64,000 nucleotides of DNA from Schmidtea nova. Lineage: Eukaryota. A program made the position numbers and the translations under genes. Positions 26,001 to 37,976 of the stretch are shown one piece after another (within the stretch, counting starts at the first letter, position 1; each line of letters begins with the position of its first letter). The stretch covers positions 121,272,001 to 121,336,000 of the forward strand of contig CM097882.1 of assembly GCA_044892505.1 (NCBI GenBank). The letters run 5' to 3'. Under the pieces are notes generated by a model that ran no database searches, had not been told where the DNA came from, and saw nothing but the letters and a program-made list of their open reading frames with translations.

Positions 26001-27811
26001 ATCGCTCGCTCTCAAATCAATGGAATTCAGTTTTTACCCAACATTATTATAAACCTTTAATATTGACAAATCGTCACTTTCCTTGTTTTTATTATACGGA
26101 ATACAAAAAGAATGCCCTTTTTGTCTAAGTCGTGTGGTCACAAAGTTACCGAGTTGCTCAAAAAATTGGATTGCATTACGTTTCAAGAACTTCGTATAAT
26201 ACCTGTCGACCTGAACGTGATCCCAAATATTTATTTTCATTTTCCTTCTTTGACTATAAATCTGAAAATTTTGGAGTTCGACATACATTTGTAATCGTAA
26301 CTTTTACCCTCACTTGGAGTTGGAAATATTCCTTCACTCTTTCTTGTCAATTTTATATGGACTGGATTGAAATTATAATAATCAAAACCTACTTTAAAAT
26401 AATTGAAAAATCAAAATCAAAATCTGCGTTTTACGTCAACTTGTTAATTAAAGCAACAAATATAAATTATTGTAAAACTATATTTTTAAAAAACCTTTCA
26501 ATCCGAATGCATTGTTAGCTATTCCATATAATCTAATGAAAAAGAAATTTTTTTAGATAAATTATGGAATTTTTGTCAAATGGAATTTTGGTAAAATGAT
26601 TAGCAATTCCACCAGTTAGATGAAAGGAATTTCCATGTGTTTAAGAACAGATTTAGTCTCGTTTCAAAAATGCGAATGTTATACGTGATTGGTTAGGAGT
26701 GAGCCGGTAGCCGTTTGGCATGTGAATAGGAGACTCCCATCAAAACTACAATCCGCCTGATCATAGGCCTTTTGCTGATCAAAATAAATGCATAATTTAT
26801 CCAAGTGCCAGCCATTACAGCAACATATAAACAAGTCAATTTTTTTTATAAATTATTGTATAAATCTAAATCAAGTCAAGCGGAAATGCGGGATCTTTAA
26901 ATAGGAATTCTATCATATCCTTTGACTTAAGGAGCCATTATTTAATGACAAGATGATAAAATGGGAGACCGGTGGAGAGTCATGACAACAACTTTATCTA
27001 GATTATAATTAGTATTTAAGAGATAAGATGACATTATCTGCGGATCTGAAATACTGGTGATGGGATTAGGGGAACTAGATTACTGTGTTGACGGATACAA
27101 TCACGCTTTAGGTTATTAATTATATTATTTGATTGATGCCTCAGNNNNNNNNNNNNNNNNNNNNNNNNNNNNNNNNNNNNNNNNNNNNNNNNNNNNNNNN
27201 NNNNNNNNNNNNNNNNNNNNNNNNNNNNNNNNNNNNNNNNNNNNNNNNNNNNNNNNNNNNNNNNNNNNNNNNNNNNNNNNNNNNNNNNNNNNNNNNNNNN
27301 NNNNNNNNNNNNNNNNNNNNNNNNNNNNNNNNNNNNNNNNNNNNNNNNNNNNNNNNNNNNNNNNNNNNNNNTAGATAAAGATGAGGCTAGATGAGATTAT
27401 AGAAAAGATAATTTATGAATATCAATGAATGAAAGGGTCAGCAATCTAAATTCGAGAGACGATAAACACTTTATTAAAGAAATCCATGAAAGAGCGGTTG
27501 AAAGTGGATTGTGAAGTGTATCCATGTCAAGGTAGCAATTTATAAATCTGTCACACTTGACCGAGTGTCAGTAATTGGGGGTACCATATAAATTAATAAA
27601 TGGAATCCAAAGTCACCCCCGAAGCTAACAGCCAATTGAATATATTTCTAAGGCCGAATCGAATAGAAACGGCCATGACAAATGAAAACACTCGGTTCAA
27701 AATGATAAAAATGGATAAAAATGATTGGTGAAAATGTCAATAAAAATAAATGAATGAAATATTCTGAAAATATCACATTGACGTATAATTGGAATTGGAA
27801 GTTTGTTTTAA

Positions 27812-28812
27812 TCATTGGCACTTGCATAAGTCTACAAGGAGGTTAGTTGAAGCCTCCATCCTGTTATTGCCATCTGGCGTTTTATAAAGAATCATTAGGT
27901 CTCTAAATTTCCTGGCAGAACAACACGGGAGCTGCTTATACATTTTGATCCTCGCTCTGTCGGCTAGAGAATTCAAATATCGTATCAGAACGTAGTTGTT
28001 GTTGCCTTCATACGTGTTCGCTGGGATAAACTGATAATAATTATGATAATATTATTATAAACTCACAGTAGCATTGCCCTCGGCAGTACGTAATGGGAAT
28101 CGTATGTGGCGCAATTATGTGACTTCCATTTTCAAATGCGACATGCTTTTCCGTGAATATCGTTTGAATGCAGCAATGCGCAGTATTGGAATCCGATGGG
28201 CATTTGTTCCTGTCTTCAATAGATCTCCGCAATCGCCTTTGGACGAGTCGGGTTTGTTTGATAATGATAAATGCAATGGAGTTGTCATTCGAGATTCGAA
28301 TAGACTGATCAAGACAATCTATGCAGATCAGTTGAAAATAAAAACTTTTGTAATACTGAAGGAAGCTTAATTTAGCTGGAGTGATGTCAATTATAATGTC
28401 CATGAGGATTGGGTCAGGTCGGATAGACGAAGATTCAAATATCAAATTATTCCTTGCCAAATTCGGTTGCCCATCAAAGACAATCAGCTTGAATGTACTC
28501 ATTATGGCAGAGCTGTGAGCACTGACTTGAAATTCCAGAAACTGCCATTCGTGGAGACGAGGTTGAGGAAACCTTTCAATCATGAAACAGTTCGTAATGA
28601 AGGCTCCGGAGCACGGCACTTAAATTTGTGATAATGCAGAAAATAATTTGATAGGAAATAGACTCACTTGCTTGCAACGGTAGCATGACGCTGGACACGG
28701 CCTCGTTGACTTGATTGTTCAGCTGTTGGTCAACAAATCTTGGCAACCGGGACCCCATGATAGACAGAGTGACGGAGAGTATGAATATAATCAAAACGTG
28801 TTCCTGGATCAT
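27812..28812 (-). CDS. TGF-beta superfamily ligand precursor, 3 exons (28812-28668, 28618-28067, 28020-27812), 301 aa
   Basis: Signal peptide MIQEHVLIIFILSVTLSIMG; GTGAGT..AG introns of 49 and 46 nt give 906 nt in frame; furin site RRLRRS. The mature domain has 9 Cys: KCP..HCC..HIIAP..YCRGQC..PCC..LCKCQ*. Confidence 0.9.
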
Positions 28813-29639
28813 TTTGTAAGTGCTCAGTTATTTTTGAAATCGGTCTGTTTCAGAATCTCAATGATAATTTATAGGAAATCGTCGATAGACTGATTTAATA
28901 ATTAATGATATTAGCTTTCATAAAATAGATAAGACTGGGAAACACTTCTTTTCGCCCCGATAAGACTTGTTTACCGCCGCTAAACCAGACATGTCGTGAA
29001 AAGTTAGTTGGTTGTCTGATAATCCGCCGTCGGTATCTAGAATCTACACTTTGCGAGAGATTTCAATTCCTAGAAGCAAACTGTGCGGTAATTTTTTCAC
29101 TTTTATCTGAGGCTCGTAGCAAATGAGGAACTTTCATTTTTGACTATTTTTGTGCTATTTTTGTGTTTCCAGTAACATTTTGCATTTATTTTGTTGTTTT
29201 ACACTTATGTTGTTAAGTTAATTTCAAATTTTTNNNNNNNNNNNNNNNNNNNNNNNNNNNNNNNNNNNNNNNNNNNNNNNNNNNNNNNNNNNNNNNNNNN
29301 NNNNNNNNNNNNNNNNNNNNNNNNNNNNNNNNNNNNNNNNNNNNNNNNNNNNNNNNNNNNNNNNNNNNNNNNNNNNNNNNNNNNNNNNNNNNNNNNNNNN
29401 NNNNNNNNNNNNNNNNNNNNNNNNNNNNNNNNNNNNNNNNNNNNNNNNNNNNNNNNNNNNNNNNNNNNNNNNNNNNNNNNNNNNNNNNNNNNNNNNNNNN
29501 NNNNNNNNNNNNNNNNNNNNNNNNNNNNNNNNNNNNNNNNNNNNNNNNNNNNNNNNNNNNNNNNNNNNNNNNNNNNNNNNNNNNNNNNNNNNNNNNNNNN
29601 NNNNNNNNNNNNNNNNNNNNNNNNNNNNNNNNNNNTAAT

Positions 29640-30293
29640 AAAAGTAATAATAATTATTATTATTATCATTATATTATTATTTTTATTATTATTATTATTA
29701 TTATCATAATTATCTTTAAGTTTCACCTTAGATCTTTTTTTATTATTAATATCAATAATTCCTATAATGGATGACTATAGATCAAAATTTCTTTTAATAA
29801 GTACACAATATTTCGGTTGTGCCATTATGGGANNNNNNNNNNNNNNNNNNNNNNNNNNNNNNNNNNNNNNNNNNNNNNNNNNNNNNNNNNNNNNNNNNNN
29901 NNNNNNNNNNNNNNNNNNNNNNNNNNNNNNNNNNNNNNNNNNNNNNNNNNNNNNNNNNNNNNNNNNNNNNNNNNNNNNNNNNNNNNNNNNNNNNNNNNNN
30001 NNNNNNNNNNNNNNNNNNNNNNNNNNNNNNNNNNNNNNNNNNNNNNNNNNNNNNNNNNNNNNNNNNNNNNNNNNNNNNNNNNNNNNNNNNNNNNNNNNAC
30101 TATAGATCAAAATTTTTTTTTTATAAACAATAACACACGATTTCGGCACAGCCTTTATCAAGTGTGTATTTCATTTATACACACTTGATAAAGGCTGTGC
30201 CGAAATATTGTGTTATTGTTTATAAAAAAAAATTTTTTGATCTATAGTCATTATGAGAATTATTGATAATAATAATAAAAAAAGATCAAAGGT
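29640..30293. mobile_element. Cluster of Penelope-like pLTR copies, including a head-to-head palindromic pair
   Basis: Copies of the same pLTR sequence as 37020-37190: a diverged minus copy at ~29700-29830, a minus copy at 30100-30169 and a plus copy at 30178-30293, each bounded by N runs. Confidence 0.85.
30133..30213. ncRNA. Two divergently oriented minimal hammerhead-like motifs (30133-30167 minus; 30181-30213 plus)
   Basis: ACAC-TTGATAA-A-GGCTGTGCC-GAAA-(TATT or TC)-GTGT. Confidence 0.6.
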
Positions 30294-33200
30294 NNNNNNN
30301 NNNNNNNNNNNNNNNNNNNNNNNNNNNNNNNNNNNNNNNNNNNNNNNNNNNNNNNNNNNNNNNNNNNNNNNNNNNNNNNNNNNNNNNNNNNNNNNNNNNN
30401 NNNNNNNNNNNNNNNNNNNNNNNNNNNNNNNNNNNNNNNNNNNNNNNNNNNNNNNNNNNNNNNNNNNNNNNNNNNNNNNNNNNNNNNNNNNNNNNNNNNN
30501 NTTAAAAAAATGTGTGTGCAATATATTTCGGCAGCTCAGATGTCATTATCAGCCACTAAACAAATTCAGTAAATTGATCATATTTATATTCATTTGTAAT
30601 TACATAATCACACGTGCACATAACCACACGTATTATTAGTCTTAGTAAAATTAATCAAAATATCTATAACTAGACAAAGTTATCATTAGGCTTTCATCCA
30701 GAAATTTCAAAATGGGCGTGTGTTCTCACTTATTACACTGTAATAAGTGAGAACACACGTCCATTTTGAAATTTCACCCTGTGAAAAGCACCCTGTAATA
30801 ATTACAGGGTGCTTTTTGGGGAAACTGCTGAAAACGGTTAACTATTTCTATTCAATTTTTCATGCTTGATATAATATCACATAACAAAATACAGGTATTT
30901 AATCGCAAAACATGATATCAAGCTATAATCCTCGGTGAAATGATTTACTCCAAACATATCAAATAAATAGTCAATGAAGTCAGAAAATATGTACATCACT
31001 CTCTGTAGAGGACCTAGGATCAGCTAGTCCAGACTCTTCAGTAGACAATCACGTCTGCTGGCAGAAATGGCTTCGCTGAATTTGAGAGAGCCTGTCTATC
31101 AATATTCTATTCATTGACAAAAAACGAGTGCAACGGTTGCTGTTTTTAAAAGTTGAAGAAGTAATTTGACGACAGCTTGGCGCCATGAAGGAAGTTTACC
31201 TGAATGAATCGGTGATATGTTAAAGCTGATGAAAACTTTCTTGTGAAATGATGTCGTATGGGAGACGCGTGACAAACTTCCATTTATCTAAAAGACCTTG
31301 AATAGATAAGCCAAGCATCTCTGTGATTTATTTAAAATTACATTAATCTAAAATTAATTGAAAATTATCTGTTGAATATACAGTTTGCAAATTCCAACTG
31401 AACACCGAGAGCGTTAGGTTGTGATGACGATTCTGTGGAATTTGGCACAAATAGTATTTGTCTTTCTACTGGAATTCAAATATTCCTTTTCCAAATTTAG
31501 TCCAACTCCCTAAATTTCATCAACGGCAAAATAATAAAAGTCTATCTAAAAACAGAGATAAAAATTATATTTAATCATACATTTCACGTTCTCTATAAGA
31601 CGGGCTAGATTATCGTTAAAGCTCTGAAGACTTGCTGAGTCTTTCCAAAGGTTTGAGAAACAAACGTAACATGTCCAGAATGAGGAGCTTGCTTTCTTTT
31701 TACTATCATCACTTGATATATCACCGGCCAGAATGCAGATTCCTTCCAAAGATAGATAAGAACTCTTTTTACGTAAGTGATAATGAACTTATGCAATTGA
31801 TGGAGACTCATTTTTGAAAAGACGTTTTAGACTCCCTTTTTATTTCCGCTTAAATTACTAGAAAGAAATATTTAGCTCTGTTTTAATATTCTGAGAAGAT
31901 TTTGGTACAGAAAAAAGTGAAAATTTATTCATTTTATCAATAAAACTCCAACATATAAATTGTTGGGAAATCCTTTGGTAGAAGATTTGGAGATCTCTGC
32001 CATTTTGCTAATGTAAGATCTCCGTTAAAAAGTGTTGACAATTATGAAAATGAAATAGCAGTATATAATTCGCGACCAGCCAATGTTTTTTTCTGTTGAA
32101 ATAATCAGTTGCAAATGTTTTTCATTGAATCTTGTGTGTGATGATGTTAAATTTATTTGATTGAAAGGGGTCCTTTATTAAAAGGTTCTTTATTAAATTC
32201 AAGTCAAGATGGTGTACTGAAAACGATAAAAACGCTATAAGAAGTTCTTAACCTTATTTCATTTTTTACAGATACATAGACCAATACTATTACTCGCGGT
32301 GGATGCACAAATGGGATATCCTTTGAGGTATGATAAAGGAAGAACGTAGCAATTTAATTGGTGCTGAAATTCTAATAGAAAAGTCCATGATAATAGTCAT
32401 ATTTCTAATAATCTTCTAAGACCCTTCTCTCCTCCAAATATTATGCGAGGTCAGTACCTATTGAAATCCTTCGTCAAAAAGTAAAATATCAACATTGTTA
32501 TTCCGAAAAAATTTATGTAAATATGAATTTAACTTTTTAATTTAGAGATGTCAATGAAGCGACATGGAAATTTCTCTCTCTCGCAATTCATTTATTTATT
32601 TATATTTCAATATTTATTTTGCTAACAAATTTGAAAACCAGTTCGTGTGCTGGGTGTTACTGTGGCAACATGCTACCGTGGAGACGTAAAGCATGAAACT
32701 CTTTGCAATTTCAATGAATAAGTACTTGATAAAATTTCTGAAGAAATCGTAAAGGTTCATTTCCACATTGTATACAATCAGATTACATTCCTGTACCATT
32801 GTTTCCATGACAAGTCGTAAAGGATTTCATAGATTAGAAACATATAAATATGAGAGGGTTTTGAAATCATTGTTATTTTGTACGAGATGTAGAGAAGGCA
32901 GTGAGTATAAATAATGGAATATGTAAATGAATCATATTTTTAAATATTTTTTAGACATTTTTTCTCCAATATAAGAAGTGCGAAAAATCAAGATCAAATA
33001 CAATTCCGACCATTTCCCAAGAAATCGCAGCCATACTGATACATGTCATACTGATACATGCCACACAGAGAATGACCACACAACTATATATTAAAGAATG
33101 TCATTTTTACTAAAAGGTACAAACTTCTATCTATAGTCCAACCTTTGAAGTGTCTGTTACGGATGGCTCAGGTGAGGTGGCGGTTGATCTGAAAGTTGAT

Positions 33201-34282
33201 TGACAAAAACCAAGAAAAGGTTATCTTTATTCTTCTAAAAATGTTGATTTTATGTTAGAAGATCCTGGTAGAAATTGTCCTAAACAGGTGAGAAGAATTA
33301 AAATCACTAAAAAGAGGTTCTGTTGATTGTTTTCAGAGACATTTAAAAGCCATAACTAATTAAATCAAATGTCAGTTGAACTATTAAATAAATTGCTTCA
33401 ACCCCCCCCCAGTAAATTGTCGCATTAAGATTGACATAAATAAAATTATACAAGATTATAATAAATATTTAGTAAGCTTGATTTATTTGAGATTCCTCGC
33501 TACTCCACGGAACGAAATAAAAGATGAAAATATTTTTATTTGTTGTTCAAATATAAGATAGAAAATTAAGACCGAAAGCAAGCGTTAAATATTAGTATTT
33601 CTATACACCTCCTGATTCCATAAAAAGATTCGTAAACCAAGCCATGTCGTCGCGATAACCATAACATGAATTGAAATAAAGAGCCAAGTATATTAAAAAA
33701 TGTAAATTATTAATACGAAATATCTATTTCCCAGATCTGCGATCATCCATTTGACCTTTACCCAAGGGCATACTGTCAATCTAATATTATTTCTTCAGTG
33801 CTCACTTTTATTGACCACGCGCCTCTTGTATCTATTTTCATATAAATTATAGCTAGATCATCCATTCGATGCTTGTGGACAATACTTGATCACGCAGATC
33901 TGGCTGAGGGGAACCATTATTCACGGATTACCGTTGAGTGAAGTCCATAACGCGAAACTTTGAAATGGAAAAGTTTTCGACATACAATAAAAAAGACTAA
34001 TATAATAACGCTTCCGACTGCTATCAAGTAGAAAATGTTNNNNNNNNNNNNNNNNNNNNNNNNNNNNNNNNNNNNNNNNNNNNNNNNNNNNNNNNNNNNN
34101 NNNNNNNNNNNNNNNNNNNNNNNNNNNNNNNNNNNNNNNNNNNNNNNNNNNNNNNNNNNNNNNNNNNNNNNNNNNNNNNNNNNNNNNNNNNNNNNNNNNN
34201 NNNNNNNNNTTTGATCTTTTTTTATTATTATTATCAATAATTCTCATAATGACTATAGATCAAATTTTTTTTATAAACAATA

Positions 34283-34315
34283 ACACAATATTTCGGCACA
34301 GCCTTTATCAAGTGT
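34283..34315 (-). ncRNA. Minimal hammerhead-like motif in the 3' pLTR
   Basis: Same ACAC-TTGATAAAGGCTGTGCCGAAATATT-GTGT motif. Confidence 0.6.
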
Positions 34316-34409
34316 GTATTTCTATCGTTATATTTACTTAATCCTAAATAGTAGCCTTAATTATTTTTTTAATATTTTATAATGATTTTATTGGATGAAA
34401 AAATTTATT

Positions 34410-34830
34410 TTAATTTTTTTGTGCGAATTGAATGTTGATGGACGGTTTGTATTTTTTTATGTAAAAAGTCTCGGAAGCTAATCTTTGTAATGAATTTTTG
34501 AATCCCTCTTGTAGAATCTGGCATTTTGTTTCTTCTATAGATGGAGTTGTTTTATGTACTTTCTCCCAGTGTTCGTAATAATTACTGGTTTTGTTTTTAG
34601 TGTGTTCATTAAGTCGGGTGCGAAAAGTTCTATGTGTTTCTCCTATGTAAGTAGCGTCACATTTTTGACAAGAAAGTTTATATACTATATTTTTGGAAAA
34701 GCAAAAGCATCGGGTTGTGGAACGGCAAAGACATTTATGTTTGGAGATGTTGGAAATTGGTGGCTTTCGGAGTTGTGATTTTAACGGTGCGGAGGTTATG
34801 AACGTTGGACGGATGTGGATACTATCCACA
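34410..34830 (-). CDS. GIY-YIG endonuclease domain of the PLE (out of frame with RT in this copy)
   Basis: VYKLSC..C...YIGET.R...RL.EH...E..YI.K.KP.IN pattern. Confidence 0.88.
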
Positions 34831-34842
34831 TCCGTCCAACGT

Positions 34843-37050
34843 TCATAACCTCCTCCACTGGATAGGCAAATCTGTTTGATTAAAAATGTTTGTGATTTTG
34901 TTGGCTGTAGTGTCATTTAGGAAAGGTAATCTTAGATATGTTGTGTGTTTGTTATTGTTATTGTGTTTCTGGCGTTTCCTATTGTTGCGTTTATTGTGGT
35001 ATGGTTCGTTAAGGAAGTGTTTCTTTACAAAGTCTTCAGGGTATCCATTTTGGAGGAATCGTATTTTGAAGTTTTCTAATGTTTCTTGTATTTTGTTTGA
35101 GTCTGAACAGTTTCTTATGGCTCTTTTTCTTTCTCCTATTAGTAATGCGATTTTGCGTTGAAGTGGAACGTAGCTTTTCCATGGGAGGATATGACCACTA
35201 TGTAAACTTTTAGAATAAAGCTCGGTGTTTGCATTTAGTGTATCTTGGCCTTTTGTGAAACTTACCATGGTATCTAAAAACGGTATTTTACCTTCTGTGT
35301 TCGGTGTTTCAAAAGTGAATTGTATGTTGGTGTTAGTAGAATTTGCGTGTGATAGGATTTGATTGAGAGGGATTGTGGAGACTATGAAGATGTCGTCGAT
35401 GTATCGTTTCCAGAAAAGTATTTTATCCCCAAAAAAAGATATGATCTTAGATTCTATAAAGTTCATGTAGAAGATGGCTAAGATGGGAGAAAGGTTATTA
35501 CCCATGGCTAATCCATGAATTTGTTTGAATGGTTTTTCTTTAATTATGACAGTATCTGAATTTATTGCTAATTTTAGAAGTTCTATAAAGTCTTGTTTAG
35601 TTAAGTCTGCGAGGTCAGTGTTGGCTTTATGAGTTTCAAAGAAAGAAGCTGCGATATCGAAAATGTTATTCTCTCCGTGAAGAGGAATAGATCCGTAAAG
35701 ATTGGAAACGTCAAGAGATCCCCAGAAGTACTGTTGTCCTGCGTTTAACGGAAGAGATGTATTTGTAATTTCGGAGACGAATTCAGTTGTGTTTTTAAGA
35801 TGAGAAGGAACCAAAGGCAAAAGTGTTTTTAGGATTTCTGAAAGAACTTTAGAAAGTGTTGTGGAAGGAGTGTCAACTGCGGATACAAGAGGTCTTTCTT
35901 TTAAAGGACTTTTGTGGTCTTTAGGTAACATAGTCATATTACTAGGTAAGGGCTCACTACAGTTGCATTTTAAAAGTAAATCTTTGATTTGAAGGTTGAT
36001 TTGTTTATTTGCAAGTGTTGACAGTTTCTTATTGTATAAAATCTGAGTCGATGCAGGTAAGATTATTTTGTTTATTGGTTCATAGTTCGAGAGATGTTCT
36101 TCAAATAGAGTATTGTATTGTTCTGTGTCAAGGGAAATTAGTCGATTTGTTTTATCTGATGGAAGAATTGTGAAGTCTTTGGAATTCTTAATTTTCTTTA
36201 TGTTTGAAGTGAAAGAATTTTGTGTTGAGCAATGTTTTTCAAGAAAGATAATTTGTTCTCTGACTAAAGTTTTGACTTTAGTTTCTAAACAGCTGATTTT
36301 TTCTTCAAGTTCAGTCGAAAAGACAGGCATATTTGGATATGTTCTACGATTTGGATCCAGAAGATGATTGTGCTTTTCAGCTAAACTTGAAGATTTGGTG
36401 GATGAAATTGGTTTTAGATGGTAACCTATTTGTCTTCTTAGGCTTATAAGAGAGGCGTTAGTGATGACTTCGGCTTTTTCTAAATCTTTCTGGTTAGGTG
36501 GAGGAACAAAAGATGGTCCTAGAGCGAGGATATTTTCTTGTGTTTTGGAAAAAATGTGATTAGATTTGTTTGTAAATGGAAGAATTGAATTTGAGTGTGA
36601 GTATGAGTCTTTAGTGTTGTTTGGATTTGTTGAAAGTAGCGTTTCTAATTTTTTATGCTTGCGAATGTCGAGATTTTTGGAGAAATTCTGGCAACAAGTA
36701 TTATCTTCACAAGTAAGAGGAGCACAAGGAAAACTAGTAAATTCATTTAGCTTTTTGTAACACGCTGAAATGCTAAGTTTAAGCCATTCTTTTTCCTGTT
36801 TTTCCTTAAGCTTCAATGCTTGTGAAGATGGATAGGTTGATTCAAGTTTGTTGGTAACAGTCAGGCCCACGGGAATGATGTTTCTTCTTTTGCATTCATT
36901 TAAAAAATGTAAGTGTGATTTTATTTTGATGATTTTGAGACTATAAAATAACGATTGATCTACTCGGTGATGAGCGTCCGCCAATATACTATCATAATTA
37001 TCTTTTTTCACCTTTGATCTTTTTTTATTATTATTATCAATAATTCTCAT
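34843..37050 (-). CDS. Penelope-like reverse transcriptase (735 aa), separated from its endonuclease by a 43-nt fold-back insertion
   Basis: ORF track and RT motifs. Confidence 0.92.
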   Translation of the reverse strand: MRIIDNNNKKRSKVKKDNYDSILADAHHRVDQSLFYSLKIIKIKSHLHFLNECKRRNIIPVGLTVTNKLESTYPSSQALKLKEKQEKEWLKLSISACYKKLNEFTSFPCAPLTCEDNTCCQNFSKNLDIRKHKKLETLLSTNPNNTKDSYSHSNSILPFTNKSNHIFSKTQENILALGPSFVPPPNQKDLEKAEVITNASLISLRRQIGYHLKPISSTKSSSLAEKHNHLLDPNRRTYPNMPVFSTELEEKISCLETKVKTLVREQIIFLEKHCSTQNSFTSNIKKIKNSKDFTILPSDKTNRLISLDTEQYNTLFEEHLSNYEPINKIILPASTQILYNKKLSTLANKQINLQIKDLLLKCNCSEPLPSNMTMLPKDHKSPLKERPLVSAVDTPSTTLSKVLSEILKTLLPLVPSHLKNTTEFVSEITNTSLPLNAGQQYFWGSLDVSNLYGSIPLHGENNIFDIAASFFETHKANTDLADLTKQDFIELLKLAINSDTVIIKEKPFKQIHGLAMGNNLSPILAIFYMNFIESKIISFFGDKILFWKRYIDDIFIVSTIPLNQILSHANSTNTNIQFTFETPNTEGKIPFLDTMVSFTKGQDTLNANTELYSKSLHSGHILPWKSYVPLQRKIALLIGERKRAIRNCSDSNKIQETLENFKIRFLQNGYPEDFVKKHFLNEPYHNKRNNRKRQKHNNNNKHTTYLRLPFLNDTTANKITNIFNQTDLPIQWRRL

Positions 37051-37086
37051 AATGACTATAGATCAAATTTTTTTTTATAAACAATA

Positions 37087-37119
37087 ACACAATATTTCGG
37101 CACAGCCTTTATCAAGTGT
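37087..37119 (-). ncRNA. Minimal hammerhead-like motif in the 5' pLTR, just upstream of the RT ATG
   Basis: Same motif, in sense to the ORF. Confidence 0.6.
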
Positions 37120-37194
37120 GTATTTCTATCGTTATATTTACTTAATCCTAAATAGTAGCCTTAATTATTTTTTTAATATTTTATAATGATTTAA

Positions 37195-37976
37195 TTGGAT
37201 GAATACGATTCCTCCAAAATGGATACCCTGAAGACTTTGTAAAGAAACACTTCCTTAACGAACCATACCACAATAAACGCAACAATAGGAAACGCCAGAA
37301 ACACAATAACAATAACAAACACACAACATATCTAAGATTACCTTTCCTAAATGACACTACAGCCAACAAAATCACCAACATTTTTAATCAAACAGATTTG
37401 CCTATCCACATCCGTCCAACGTTCATAACCTCCGCACCGTTAAAATCACAACTCCGAAAGCCACCAATTTCCAACATCTCCAAACATAAATGTCTTTGCC
37501 GTTCCACAACCCGATGCTTTTGCTTTTCCAAAAATATAGTATATAAACTTTCTTGTCTAAAATGTGACGCTACTTACATAGGAGAAACACATAGAACTTT
37601 TCGCACCCGACTTAATGAACACACTAAAAACAAAACCAGTAATTATTACGAACACTGGGAGAAAGTACATAAAACAACTCCATCTATAGAAGAAACAAAA
37701 TGCCAGATTCTACAAGAGGGATTCAAAAATTCATTACAAAGATTAGCTTCCGAGACTTTTTACATAAAAAAATACAAACCGTCCATCAACATTCAATTCG
37801 CACAAAAAAATTAAAATAAATTTTTTCATCCAATAAAATCATTATAAAATATTAAAAAAATAATTAAGGCTACTATTTAGGATTAAGTAAATATAACGAT
37901 AGAAATACACACTTGATAAAGGCTGTGCCGAAATATTGTGTTATTGTTTATAAAAAAAAATTTGATCTATAGTCAT
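37195..37976 (+). mobile_element. 5'-truncated inverted PLE copy (RT C-terminus, intact GIY-YIG, 3' pLTR)
   Basis: Reverse complement of 34210-35070 but without the fold-back insertion; the frame ...NQTDLPIHIRPTF... is continuous. Hammerhead-like motif at 37909-37941. Confidence 0.92.

Larger units (their letters stand above)
34210..37190 (-). mobile_element. Near full-length Penelope-like retroelement (pLTR-RT-GIY-YIG-pLTR)
   Basis: 735-aa RT ORF (SLDVSNLYGSIP, GLAMGNNLSP, RYIDDIF, IPFLD), then a GIY-YIG-type endonuclease (NIVYKLSCQKCDATYIGETHR...RLNEH). Directly repeated pLTRs at both ends include the ORF start. Confidence 0.95.

Noticed and set aside
23463-26518. Possible host exons (23463-23726, 25934-26518)
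   Set aside because: No recognisable domain, and no consistent spliced frame could be built by eye.
27129-30639. ORF-track entries consisting mostly of X
   Set aside because: They are artefacts of translating through N runs.
30900-31820. Possible spliced gene on the minus strand between the PLE clusters
   Set aside because: The candidate splice combinations I tried hit stops; no motif was recognised.
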